Source of the DNA: Nitrospirae bacterium MYbin3
GTDB taxonomy: Bacteria > Nitrospirota > Thermodesulfovibrionia > Thermodesulfovibrionales > Dissulfurispiraceae
DNA: 59,080 nt
Assembly: GCA_002753335.1 (NCBI GenBank)
Contig: PEAD01000003.1
Coordinates: 124,001-183,080, forward strand
Reading direction: 5' to 3'
Every line of letters begins with the position of its first letter. The first letter of the stretch is position 1. Shown here piece by piece: positions 44,107 to 52,622 of this stretch. A program made the translations under genes and the position numbers. Under the pieces are notes generated by a model. That model did no database searches and was not told the origin of the DNA. It worked only from the letters and a program-made list of their open reading frames with translations.

Positions 44107-44520
44107 ATGGCCGAGGCAGTAAGAAAAATTCTTCTTTGCAGCCAGCATCCTATATTTATAAAAGGCGTTTATGGAGCGCTCAGTGATGCCGGATATCAAA
44201 TTGAAACGAGCGAACATCCTGCCGGTGCCGTAAGGTCTGTATTTGATTCTTATTATTCTGTAGTAATTATTGATTCCAGAGATATAGGCTTACAAGCCTC
44301 GGATGCTGCTATGATAATCAGGACCGTAAGGCCTGATATTCATGTTGTGTTAATCGGAAAGTCCATTGTTGCTGATGGGTTTTATTCTGTAGAAAATCCT
44401 GATGAGATAGAACGAATAAAAGAGATTGTATCAAACATCTCAATTTTACATATGAAAGAAGCAAATAAAGGAGGAGTTTATGAGCATGACGCCGAGAGAG
44501 ATTGTATTAAAAGCCTTTGA
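44107..44520 (+). CDS. Atypical receiver-like (CheY-fold) protein
   Basis: KILLCSQH...AGYQIE...VVIIDS...IRTVRPDIHVVLIG pattern; lacks the acidic DD pair; overlaps the next gene by 41 nt. Confidence 0.6.
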   Translation: MAEAVRKILLCSQHPIFIKGVYGALSDAGYQIETSEHPAGAVRSVFDSYYSVVIIDSRDIGLQASDAAMIIRTVRPDIHVVLIGKSIVADGFYSVENPDEIERIKEIVSNISILHMKEANKGGVYEHDAERDCIKSL

Positions 44521-45523
44521 GGGCGGAAAGCCCGAAAGGGTCCCTGTCACCCTTTTTGGTGGTGGGATGTGGTCTATAAAGGATTACGGAACCAGTTTTG
44601 AAGAGCTTTCCAATAATGTAGAAAAGATGGCTGATATGTGTATCGTGGAGGCAGAAAAGATTAAGAGCGACGTGGTGTATGTGGGGTCGGGTTTTAATAA
44701 TTTTCATATGATTGCGCTTGGTGAAAAGTTTGGGTGCGGCGTGAAATATCGGGAGATCGGCGCTCCTGATGTCACCTCTCATTTTGTAAATTCAGAGGAA
44801 GATCTTGCCAAGCTCGATATGGATGATATTCATAAACATCCTGTTGTTAAGACCGTGATGGACGCCACAAGACTGGTAAATCAAAAAATAGGCAAAAAGT
44901 ATCTTGTTACCATGACCTGCTGGGGCCCATTTACGTTGGCTGCCCGCCTGGTTGGTGAAGAAACATTTATGAAGGCAACATTTAAGAAGCCTGCCTTTGT
45001 CGAGAAGGCTGTAGATTTTTGCGCCGACCTTTTAATTAAGTTGTATGAACCATTGATTGCAGATGGCATGGAATGCATAAGCATAGCAGATCCGACCGCC
45101 TCTGGTGATTTAATAAACCCTAAACAGATGGGACGTTTTGCAGTGCCACCTTTAAAGAAGCTGAGCGACTGGGCCAAGTCGAAAAATGCCCATACAATAC
45201 TTCATATCTGCGGCAATACAGGTGACCGTCTTGAGCAGTTTATAGACACCGGCTGCAGCGTTATCTTTTTCGATCAGAAAGTTGATATAGCAAAGGCGCG
45301 AGACGTTCTTTTCGGCAAGATGTGTTTTGGAGGTAACGTTGCTCCTGTGCATGTTCTGTTGAACAAGACCGCAGCGGATGTAGAACAGGCCTGCAAAGAG
45401 GTTATAGAAATAGCCGGCAAGGATGGCGGCTTTATATTGGTTCCGGGCTGCGATATCCCACCTACAATAAGTTTTGAAAATATTAAGATGTTTCACGATG
45501 TTGCGTTGAACTGGAAATATTGA
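44480..45523 (+). CDS. MtaA/CmuA-family methylcobamide:thiol methyltransferase 1 (URO-D fold)
   Basis: PERVPV, GPFTLA, ADPTAS, Zn motif LHICG...PGCDIP, GNVAP; AAGGAGG RBS. Confidence 0.85.
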   Translation: MSMTPREIVLKAFEGGKPERVPVTLFGGGMWSIKDYGTSFEELSNNVEKMADMCIVEAEKIKSDVVYVGSGFNNFHMIALGEKFGCGVKYREIGAPDVTSHFVNSEEDLAKLDMDDIHKHPVVKTVMDATRLVNQKIGKKYLVTMTCWGPFTLAARLVGEETFMKATFKKPAFVEKAVDFCADLLIKLYEPLIADGMECISIADPTASGDLINPKQMGRFAVPPLKKLSDWAKSKNAHTILHICGNTGDRLEQFIDTGCSVIFFDQKVDIAKARDVLFGKMCFGGNVAPVHVLLNKTAADVEQACKEVIEIAGKDGGFILVPGCDIPPTISFENIKMFHDVALNWKY

Positions 45524-45587
45524 TCCCGAGGGGAGGTGAAGAGCAAGGGCAAAAGGGAGTCTATGACCCCGTGAGTGGGGAGGTAAA

Positions 45588-46094
45588 ATGGGACTTTTGG
45601 ATCGCATTAAAAATTTTCTGGCCGGAGAGCCGGACATTAAAGCAGAGGAGGAAAAGAGTATGGCGATGACTGCAGAACAAGTAAATGAGTACATGAAAGA
45701 GAAGTGCGGGTTTGTGCCGAGGATGTTTCAGATAATTAACACGGTAACACCTGATCCGGGCAAGACTTTTGCTGATTTTTATGCGAGTATCTTCGGCGAC
45801 GGCGCTCTTTCGAGGAAGCACAAAGAGCTTATGTTCATGGCGGGTGGAGTTGCTTACTGTTCACCGCGCTGCATAATTCATGTCATCCCTGCCGCCAATG
45901 CAGGAGCGACATGGAATGAGGTTTTTGAGGCTGCTGCTGTCGGAATGATACTGGGCGGCTTTGTTCCTGGCGGCCCCGGCATACCATACGCATTTGAGTA
46001 TGCTCTTAAGTGCCTCGATATATTCGATAAGTACAAAAAAGGCGAGAAGTGGGAATATCTTCCATCTCCTAAATTCGACCACGGCGTATTCTAA
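45588..46094 (+). CDS. Carboxymuconolactone decarboxylase/AhpD-like family protein
   Basis: GFVPRMF, DGALSRKHKELM, CSPRCIIH, AGATWNEVFEA...GG. Confidence 0.8.
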   Translation: MGLLDRIKNFLAGEPDIKAEEEKSMAMTAEQVNEYMKEKCGFVPRMFQIINTVTPDPGKTFADFYASIFGDGALSRKHKELMFMAGGVAYCSPRCIIHVIPAANAGATWNEVFEAAAVGMILGGFVPGGPGIPYAFEYALKCLDIFDKYKKGEKWEYLPSPKFDHGVF

Positions 46095-46233
46095 GGACAG
46101 GGAAAAAGCGTGTGCCGGATTAGTTCGGTGCACGCCCCAAAATAAAAGGGGCAGCGCCTCATGCAAAGGCAACTGCCCGTGAGAATAAGATACAAAAATA
46201 TTTTAGCATAAGTTAATGATGAAAGGAGATAGA

Positions 46234-47193
46234 ATGTTCAGTTTTCAGAAAGAACAAAAGGTTTTCAACTTTAGCGGCATTCCGGTCGGCGGCCAGCCGG
46301 GCGAAAACCCGCCGCTTATGATAGCCTCGCTTTTTCACAATAAAGACAGCGTAAGCAAGACCGACCGCAAGGGCAATTTTGATCGTGAGGGAACAAAGGC
46401 GATGCTTGCGAAGATGGAGGAACTGTCCGAGGCTACAGGTGTGCCTGCGATGGTTGCGATGGTTGCCAACAGCCCTGAAGAAGCCAAGACATATATTGAT
46501 TTTTATCTGGAATCCACCAAAATGCCTTTTGGCATAGATATGTGGGTGGCTGAGCAGCGTGCCAGGGCGACCGAGTATGTGGCGCAGCTTGGGGTGCAGG
46601 ACAAATTTCTTTACAACAGCATCACCCCTTGGGATAAGGATATCAAGGGACAGGTTCAAAGGCTGAAGGACTTGGGAATAAAGCATGTTGTGATACAGGC
46701 TTTTGATGATAAAGACCAGTCTCCTGCTGGAAGAGTAACTTCGCTCGAATCTATCATGTCTCAGGGCGCCGATTCATTTGAGACGATAATTGTGGATACC
46801 TCGGTTATGAACATGCCGTCAACCTCATTTTCTCTTGTAGCCAATAGGATGATAAAAGAGAAGTATGGTCTGCCCTGCGGAGGCGCATATTCAAACGGCA
46901 CTCACATGTGGGGCGAGATTAAGCAGAAATGGGGACTCGACGGGTTCAAGGCTATGGATGCTGTTGTTCAGGGAATGGGTTCTGCGCTTTGGTCCGATTT
47001 TAACTTCTGCGGTCCGGCGATTACGGCTCCGCGCGTTTTCCCTGCAGTTGCCAGCGCTCACATTCTGCTATCAACGCTTGTATATGACGAAACAGGAAAT
47101 ATTTATGACAATCCAAACCTGCCTATCAGAAAACATTTTGCCGACTTCATAACAAAAATGCAGGAAGGCGGCGGCAGGAAAAAAGCCAAATAA
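46234..47193 (+). CDS. MtrH-family methylcorrinoid:pterin (THF/H4MPT) methyltransferase
   Basis: MFSFQKEQKVF...VGGQPGENP, LYNSI, IKEKYGLPCGGA.SN, resembling MtrH/MtgA. ATG at 46234 after AAGGAG. Confidence 0.85.
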   Translation: MFSFQKEQKVFNFSGIPVGGQPGENPPLMIASLFHNKDSVSKTDRKGNFDREGTKAMLAKMEELSEATGVPAMVAMVANSPEEAKTYIDFYLESTKMPFGIDMWVAEQRARATEYVAQLGVQDKFLYNSITPWDKDIKGQVQRLKDLGIKHVVIQAFDDKDQSPAGRVTSLESIMSQGADSFETIIVDTSVMNMPSTSFSLVANRMIKEKYGLPCGGAYSNGTHMWGEIKQKWGLDGFKAMDAVVQGMGSALWSDFNFCGPAITAPRVFPAVASAHILLSTLVYDETGNIYDNPNLPIRKHFADFITKMQEGGGRKKAK

Positions 47194-47213
47194 CGAAAGG
47201 AGAATTTCATTCG

Positions 47214-48242
47214 ATGAATTCAAGAGAAAGGGTTTTAAAGGTTTTTAAGGGAGAGCAGGTTGACCGTGTTCCATGTTTCAGCGGTATGGGCAATATAACG
47301 GAGGCAGCAATAAACCAGCTGGGATATAAATTTGCGGGCATCCATCTTGACGCAAAAATGATGGCAGAGACCGCAGCATCAACATACAAGATGTTCGGCC
47401 TTGAGTGCGGCGTAGTTCCTGTAGATCTTTGTGTAGAGGCCGAGGCGCTCGGCTGTGTAATCAATGTCTATCCGCAGGCCGAAGGCATACTCTATCCCAC
47501 CATAAAAGAAAAGCTTATACACAACGAAGGCGAGATGGATTCGGTAAATATTCCGGCTGACCTTGGATCAAGGGGCAGAGTGCCTCTGCTGATGGAGGCT
47601 ATTAAACTGATGAAGGCTGACATAGGCAGCGATGTTGCTGTCGGCTCTTATGTATTGGGTCCATTTACTTTGGCTGGGCAGATAATGGAGCTTAATGACC
47701 TTCTTAAGCTGTCATTTAAAAAAGCGGACAAAGTGGCTAAACTGCTCGACCTTATGGCTGACGCCATAATAGTAGTGGCAAAAGAGTATGAGAAGGCCGG
47801 CATTGATTACATCACAGTGCGAGAGATGGGCGCCACTTCTGATGTTCTCAGCCCGAGGGTATTTAAAAACCTGATAATGCCTCCGCTCCAAAAGATAAGC
47901 AAGGAGCTTAAGGTGTTTTCGGTGCTTCATATCTGCGGCAAGACCAACGATATAGTTATTCCTATGGCCGAGGCCGGATATACGGCTATCAGTGTAGAGC
48001 AGAAGAACGATGTTGCAGAGACGAGGAAAAAACTTGGCCCCGGAGCGATTATTTTCGGAAACTACGATCCCTACAATGTCCTTGTTTCTGGCACCGAAGA
48101 TCTTGTGAGGAGTACCATGCGAAAATGCATAGACGATGGAGTGAGTGCGATATGGCCAGGCTGCGATATATGGCCTACTGTTCCACCCCAGAACATGAAG
48201 GCTATGATGGATGAAACCATAAAATACGGAGGTAAAAGCTAA
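47214..48242 (+). CDS. MtaA/CmuA-family methylcobamide:CoM methyltransferase 2
   Basis: VDRVP, PVDLCVEAEALGC, GRVP, GPFTLAG, LSPRVF, LHICG...PGCDI, GNYDP. Confidence 0.88.
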   Translation: MNSRERVLKVFKGEQVDRVPCFSGMGNITEAAINQLGYKFAGIHLDAKMMAETAASTYKMFGLECGVVPVDLCVEAEALGCVINVYPQAEGILYPTIKEKLIHNEGEMDSVNIPADLGSRGRVPLLMEAIKLMKADIGSDVAVGSYVLGPFTLAGQIMELNDLLKLSFKKADKVAKLLDLMADAIIVVAKEYEKAGIDYITVREMGATSDVLSPRVFKNLIMPPLQKISKELKVFSVLHICGKTNDIVIPMAEAGYTAISVEQKNDVAETRKKLGPGAIIFGNYDPYNVLVSGTEDLVRSTMRKCIDDGVSAIWPGCDIWPTVPPQNMKAMMDETIKYGGKS

Positions 48243-48925
48243 TGGCAGACGACGCAAAGAAAAAAGAGATTTACGAAAAACTCAGAAACGGTGTTATCCA
48301 GTATGACGAAGACGCCTGCAAGGAAGGAGCGCAGGAGGCTATAGACGCCGGTCTTGATGCGAATGAGGCTATATTTGACGGCCTTGTTTCGGGTATGGAA
48401 GAGGTGGGCAGGCTGTTTGAGGCACAGGAATATTTTGTTCCCGAAATACTGATGTGTGCCGACGCGCTCTACGCAGGGCTTGATATTCTGAAGCCGCACT
48501 GCAAGCAGATGGACCTTGGCGTAAAAGGCTCGGTGGTTATTGGAACTGTTGAAGGCGATGTGCATGATATAGGAAAGAACCTTGTTAAGATGATGTTTGA
48601 TGTTGCAGGATTTAATGTTTATGACTTGGGCAGGGATGTTCCGCTCGACAAGTTTGTTGAAGAACAGCTGAAGACCGATTCAGAACTCGTCTGCCTTTCT
48701 GCAATGATGACCACTTCTATGGTCGGTATGCCTAAGGTTATCGAGAAGATAAAAGAGAAAAACCCAAACTGCATGATAATGATCGGCGGCGCGCCTACAT
48801 CAAAGGAGCTTGCTGACAAATGGGGTGCTGACGGCTATGCCGAAGACGCAAGCAATGCGCTGAAAGAGGCTATTAAAATGGTGGCTTTCCTCAAGAAACT
48901 GAGGGACGAGAAGCTGAAAAAATAA
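48242..48925 (+). CDS. Methyltransferase cognate corrinoid protein (MtaC/MttC-like)
   Basis: Cap domain (GMEEVG.LFE..EYFVPE) and B12 motif GDVHDIGKN...LSAMMTT...IGGAP...GADGY. Confidence 0.95.
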   Translation: MADDAKKKEIYEKLRNGVIQYDEDACKEGAQEAIDAGLDANEAIFDGLVSGMEEVGRLFEAQEYFVPEILMCADALYAGLDILKPHCKQMDLGVKGSVVIGTVEGDVHDIGKNLVKMMFDVAGFNVYDLGRDVPLDKFVEEQLKTDSELVCLSAMMTTSMVGMPKVIEKIKEKNPNCMIMIGGAPTSKELADKWGADGYAEDASNALKEAIKMVAFLKKLRDEKLKK

Positions 48926-48929
48926 AACA

Positions 48930-49589
48930 TTGGTTGATGCTGCCCCGCTCAAACAACTGCTCAAGAAAGAAGGAGCGGCCCTTGTCGGCATAGGCGATAT
49001 CTCAAAGGCTCTGCCGCGTGAGATAAGGCATCTGAACCGAGGTGTTGCTATTGCTGTGAATCGTGGGTTGAACAAAGACAGCATAGATCTTTTGTGCGGG
49101 CTTCAGAGAAGTGCTGAGGACTGGATAAGAGAGTTGGGCTTTAAAAATCTATCAATCCCTCCTGACTCGGACAGGCGAACAGGGAAGCTGATAACAAGGC
49201 TTTATAAACTGTTCTGCCATAAGACGGCAGCAACCTGTTCAGGGCTTGGATGGATAGGCAAAAACGGTCTCATAATCAACAGCCGCTACGGCTCACAACT
49301 GTCTTGGGCAACTGTGCTTACCGATGCGCCGCTGAAAACGGATAAGGCTATAACCGACTCTGAATGCGGTGATTGCGAACTCTGTGTTAAGCATTGCCCA
49401 TCAGGGGCTTTAAAAGGCGGCAAATGGTCTCTGTCAGATCCATTAAAGCAGATGGTTTATTACGACAGATGCAAGGCATTAAAGAGCAACAGGCAAAGGT
49501 TTGACGAAAAGCCCAACTGCGGGCTGTGCGTTACTATCTGCCCTTATTCAAGGAAGAGCAGGAAAAAATCTATGAAGGAAAAAATATAG
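48930..49589 (+). CDS. QueG/reductive dehalogenase-like 2x[4Fe-4S] protein
   Basis: HKTAATCSGLGWIGKNGL, TVLTDAP, CGDCELCVKHCP, CGLCVTICP. Confidence 0.8.
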   Translation: MVDAAPLKQLLKKEGAALVGIGDISKALPREIRHLNRGVAIAVNRGLNKDSIDLLCGLQRSAEDWIRELGFKNLSIPPDSDRRTGKLITRLYKLFCHKTAATCSGLGWIGKNGLIINSRYGSQLSWATVLTDAPLKTDKAITDSECGDCELCVKHCPSGALKGGKWSLSDPLKQMVYYDRCKALKSNRQRFDEKPNCGLCVTICPYSRKSRKKSMKEKI

Positions 49590-49601
49590 GAGGATTTATA
49601 G

Positions 49602-51593
49602 ATGGCGCAAAAATTCAAGGTGATATTTCAGCCTGCAGGCAGGCGGGGAGAGATAGAAGAAGGCACAACAATACTTAAGGCGGCGCAGCAGTTAGGCGTT
49701 GACCTCGAAGCGCTTTGCGGAGACAAGAAGGTCTGCGGCAAATGCAAGGTCAGGATAGAGGAGGGATATTTTGAAAAGGACAATCTTGAGTCGGGCATGG
49801 CGCATATCACGCCGCTTGAGCCCACAACTGATGAGCTTAAGCATATCAAGCCCGAAGACGGTCCGGGCATAAGGCTGGCCTGCTCCTGCGAGATACACGG
49901 CGACCTGAAAGTTTTTGTGCCTGAACGTTCCAGAGCAGGAAAGCAGGTGGTGCGTAAAGCGGCCAAAGATATTATTATCGCTCTCGACCCGGCAGTCAAA
50001 AAATACACGCTGACGCTCACGCCGCCTACTCTGCATGACATGACCACCGGGGATTACGAGCGAATTGCAGCTGCTATGGAAAAGGACTACGGACTGAAGG
50101 GCCTTAAATTCGACTACTTGACGCTTAGGAGCACGCAGGATGCCTTGCGGGAAGGCGAATGGACGATTACCGTAACTGTATGGATGGACAAAGAGATAGT
50201 GAAGGTTGAGCCCGGACATGTGGATGTCTGCTACGGCCTTGCTGTAGATGTAGGCACAACCACCTGTGTAGGCTATCTTTGCGATCTTAGTACAGGCAAG
50301 GTTATCAACACTGAATCGATGATGAACCCTCAGGTGCCTTACGGAGAAGATGTAATGTCGCGCATAACTTATGCGATGACCAACCCGGAAGGGCTCAAAA
50401 CCATGCAGGACGCCATTATAACCGGCTTGAACGAAATAATAGACAAAGTAGTAAGCGAGGTAAGGAAAGACGGAGCAAATCCCGGATATTCTATTGACGA
50501 TCTGACGATAGTCTTTAATACCGCGATGCACCATATCTTTCTCGGCATGAATCCGACATATATAGGCCGTTCACCCTTCATACCTGCGGTGCAGCAATCT
50601 CTCGACATTAAAGCCCGTGATTTAGGGCTGCGCATCAATCCCGGTTCCTACATTCATGTGCTTCCTATAGAAGCCGGCTTTGTGGGTGCAGACAATGTGG
50701 GTGTTTTGATAGCTCAGGAGCCGTATAATCAGGACGAGAATGTTCTGATTATTGACATAGGAACCAATGGAGAACTTCTGCTCGGAAATAAAAATAGGGT
50801 TTGCTCTACATCATGCGCTACAGGACCGGCGTTTGAAGGCGCGCAGATAAAGTTCGGCATGAGGGCTGCGCCGGGCGCTATAGAAAAAGTGAAAATAGAT
50901 TACGAGACAAAAGAGCCTAAATATAAGGTTATCGGCAAGGCGGACTGGCACACTCATATTGAAGGTAAGATTAATGCCAAAGGCATATGCGGTTCGGCCA
51001 TAATTGATGTGATTGCAGAGATGTGCAAGGCAGGCATAATCGACAAGACCGGCAAGTTCGTTATGGATATTGGCACGAACAGGGTCAGAAAAGATGCTGA
51101 AGGTAAGCCTGAATATGTGCTTGCATGGGCTGAAGAAACCTCTATAAATGCTGACATAACGGTTACGCAGGGCGATGTCAGGGCGCTTCAGTTGGCCAAA
51201 GGCGCGCTGTACTGCGGCGCAAAGCTTATGATGAAAAAGATGGGCATAGAAAAACTGGACAGGGTTGAGCTTGCAGGCGCCTTCGGCAGCCATATTGACA
51301 GGGAGGCATCTTTGACGCTGGGCATGTTCCCTGATGTTCCGATCGACAAGGTTGTTGTTGTCGGAAATGCTGCTGGTGACGGCGCCCGGATGGCTCTTCT
51401 GAACAAAGGCAAGAGGATTGAGGCGGATGAACGCGCACGCTGGGTCGAGTTTGTGGAGATCGCAACAGACCCGACATTTGAGAAAGAATTCATGCAGGCT
51501 ATGCACATTCCGCACATGAAGGACAAATATCCGAACCTAAAGGCGCTGCTCGAGGAGCAAAAGGCGCCGATGGCGGCCAATATCAAGGGTTAG
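49602..51593 (+). CDS. ATP-dependent reductive activator of corrinoid proteins (RACo/RamA-like, ASKHA + 2Fe-2S)
   Basis: N-terminal C...CGKC...RLAC; DVGTTT, GEDVMSRI, GFVGAD, DIGTNGE, CATGPAFEG, GICGS, AGAFG, GNAA. Confidence 0.92.
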   Translation: MAQKFKVIFQPAGRRGEIEEGTTILKAAQQLGVDLEALCGDKKVCGKCKVRIEEGYFEKDNLESGMAHITPLEPTTDELKHIKPEDGPGIRLACSCEIHGDLKVFVPERSRAGKQVVRKAAKDIIIALDPAVKKYTLTLTPPTLHDMTTGDYERIAAAMEKDYGLKGLKFDYLTLRSTQDALREGEWTITVTVWMDKEIVKVEPGHVDVCYGLAVDVGTTTCVGYLCDLSTGKVINTESMMNPQVPYGEDVMSRITYAMTNPEGLKTMQDAIITGLNEIIDKVVSEVRKDGANPGYSIDDLTIVFNTAMHHIFLGMNPTYIGRSPFIPAVQQSLDIKARDLGLRINPGSYIHVLPIEAGFVGADNVGVLIAQEPYNQDENVLIIDIGTNGELLLGNKNRVCSTSCATGPAFEGAQIKFGMRAAPGAIEKVKIDYETKEPKYKVIGKADWHTHIEGKINAKGICGSAIIDVIAEMCKAGIIDKTGKFVMDIGTNRVRKDAEGKPEYVLAWAEETSINADITVTQGDVRALQLAKGALYCGAKLMMKKMGIEKLDRVELAGAFGSHIDREASLTLGMFPDVPIDKVVVVGNAAGDGARMALLNKGKRIEADERARWVEFVEIATDPTFEKEFMQAMHIPHMKDKYPNLKALLEEQKAPMAANIKG

Positions 51594-51914
51594 ATGACGA
51601 AGGTCAGAATAAATCCGGGAGCCTGCGGGCTCCCGGCTGTCGTAGAGATAGAGAAGAAGGACTCAAAGACTTACGCTCTTAAGGTCACCTCCGAATGCCC
51701 GATGGTAGAAAAATTGGGAGCGGAGGTTCCGGAGCTTACGATGATGGATGCTTTTAAAAGATTTCAGGACAATCCTGTTTATTCAAAAGGTGCGATATGT
51801 CTGAAGCATGTTGCCTGTCCTGTACCGTCCGGAATATTGAAGGCGCTGGAGGTTGAGGCTGGGCTGAATGTGCCGAAGGACGCAAGTATAGTATTTGAAA
51901 AGAAATTAGGTTAA
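51594..51914 (+). CDS. Small Cys-containing protein (DUF6951-like)
   Basis: INPGACG, SECPMV, CLKHVACPVPSGILKALEVEAGL. Confidence 0.7.
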   Translation: MTKVRINPGACGLPAVVEIEKKDSKTYALKVTSECPMVEKLGAEVPELTMMDAFKRFQDNPVYSKGAICLKHVACPVPSGILKALEVEAGLNVPKDASIVFEKKLG

Positions 51915-51923
51915 ACTGGGAAG

Positions 51924-52622
51924 GTGAATCTGACCGGCATTATCCTGACATCCGCTTTATATATTGCGCTGCTTTTTTTTATTGGTGGAGTAATAGGACG
52001 TCTTATTATTTACTCAGAAGTTTCTACCGCAAATGGGACGCATAGTTTAAAGCGCCGTCCTCTATTTTTTTCGAGGATGTCGTCTATATTTTCGGAACTG
52101 TTTTTGCTTAAAAGGCTTATGAAGGCCAATCCTTTGCTTTGGGTCGGAGAGTGGCTGTTTCACATCTCTTTTGCTTTTGTTCTTTTGAGGCATCTGCGTT
52201 ATTTTATTGAGCCTGCGCCTGCGTGGCTTTTCGATTTCGATGTGTTTGGAATTATTTCGGGATTCATGCTTTTTTCCTCTCTGGTCTTTATTCTTGCGGT
52301 TAAGATGTTTATTGAAAGGGCTTATTTTTCTTCGTATAATTTTTCTTTGCTCGCACTGCTTGTTTTTATCAGCGTGACAGGGCTTTTGATGAACATGATT
52401 CTTAAAACCGATCTTGTCGAGATAAAGTTTTTCGCGATGGGAATAGCAACTTTTACGCCTCAGTCTTTACCAGTCAGCAGTATCTTTTTTACTCATTTTT
52501 TCTCCTTTATTATTTTTATTTTGCTTTTGCCTAGCCATATTTTTACTGCTCCAATAACTATATTAGAAGCCTTCAGGCGAGATGAAGATATTAAGACGAT
52601 AATGCATGATGAAAAAAAATAA
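51924..52622 (+). CDS. NarI/DsrM-like membrane cytochrome b
   Basis: About five TM segments; WLFH-x9-HLRYF as in DsrM/HmeC; second His pair TH...SH. Confidence 0.75.
   Translation: MNLTGIILTSALYIALLFFIGGVIGRLIIYSEVSTANGTHSLKRRPLFFSRMSSIFSELFLLKRLMKANPLLWVGEWLFHISFAFVLLRHLRYFIEPAPAWLFDFDVFGIISGFMLFSSLVFILAVKMFIERAYFSSYNFSLLALLVFISVTGLLMNMILKTDLVEIKFFAMGIATFTPQSLPVSSIFFTHFFSFIIFILLLPSHIFTAPITILEAFRRDEDIKTIMHDEKK

Noticed and set aside
45521..45587. Selenocysteine read-through or a SAM/cobalamin riboswitch after the first methyltransferase
   Set aside because: The TGA falls at the normal family C-terminus, read-through adds only 16 codons, and the 64-nt spacer lacks recognisable riboswitch consensus.
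48930..49589. Respiratory reductive dehalogenase
   Set aside because: Too short, no Tat signal and no rdhB anchor gene.
51591..51596. Pyrrolysine read-through fusing RACo to the downstream protein (in-frame TAG-ATG)
   Set aside because: The same TAG-ATG junction occurs at dnaK-dnaJ, RACo is already full length, and no pyl genes are visible. Translational coupling is the simpler explanation.
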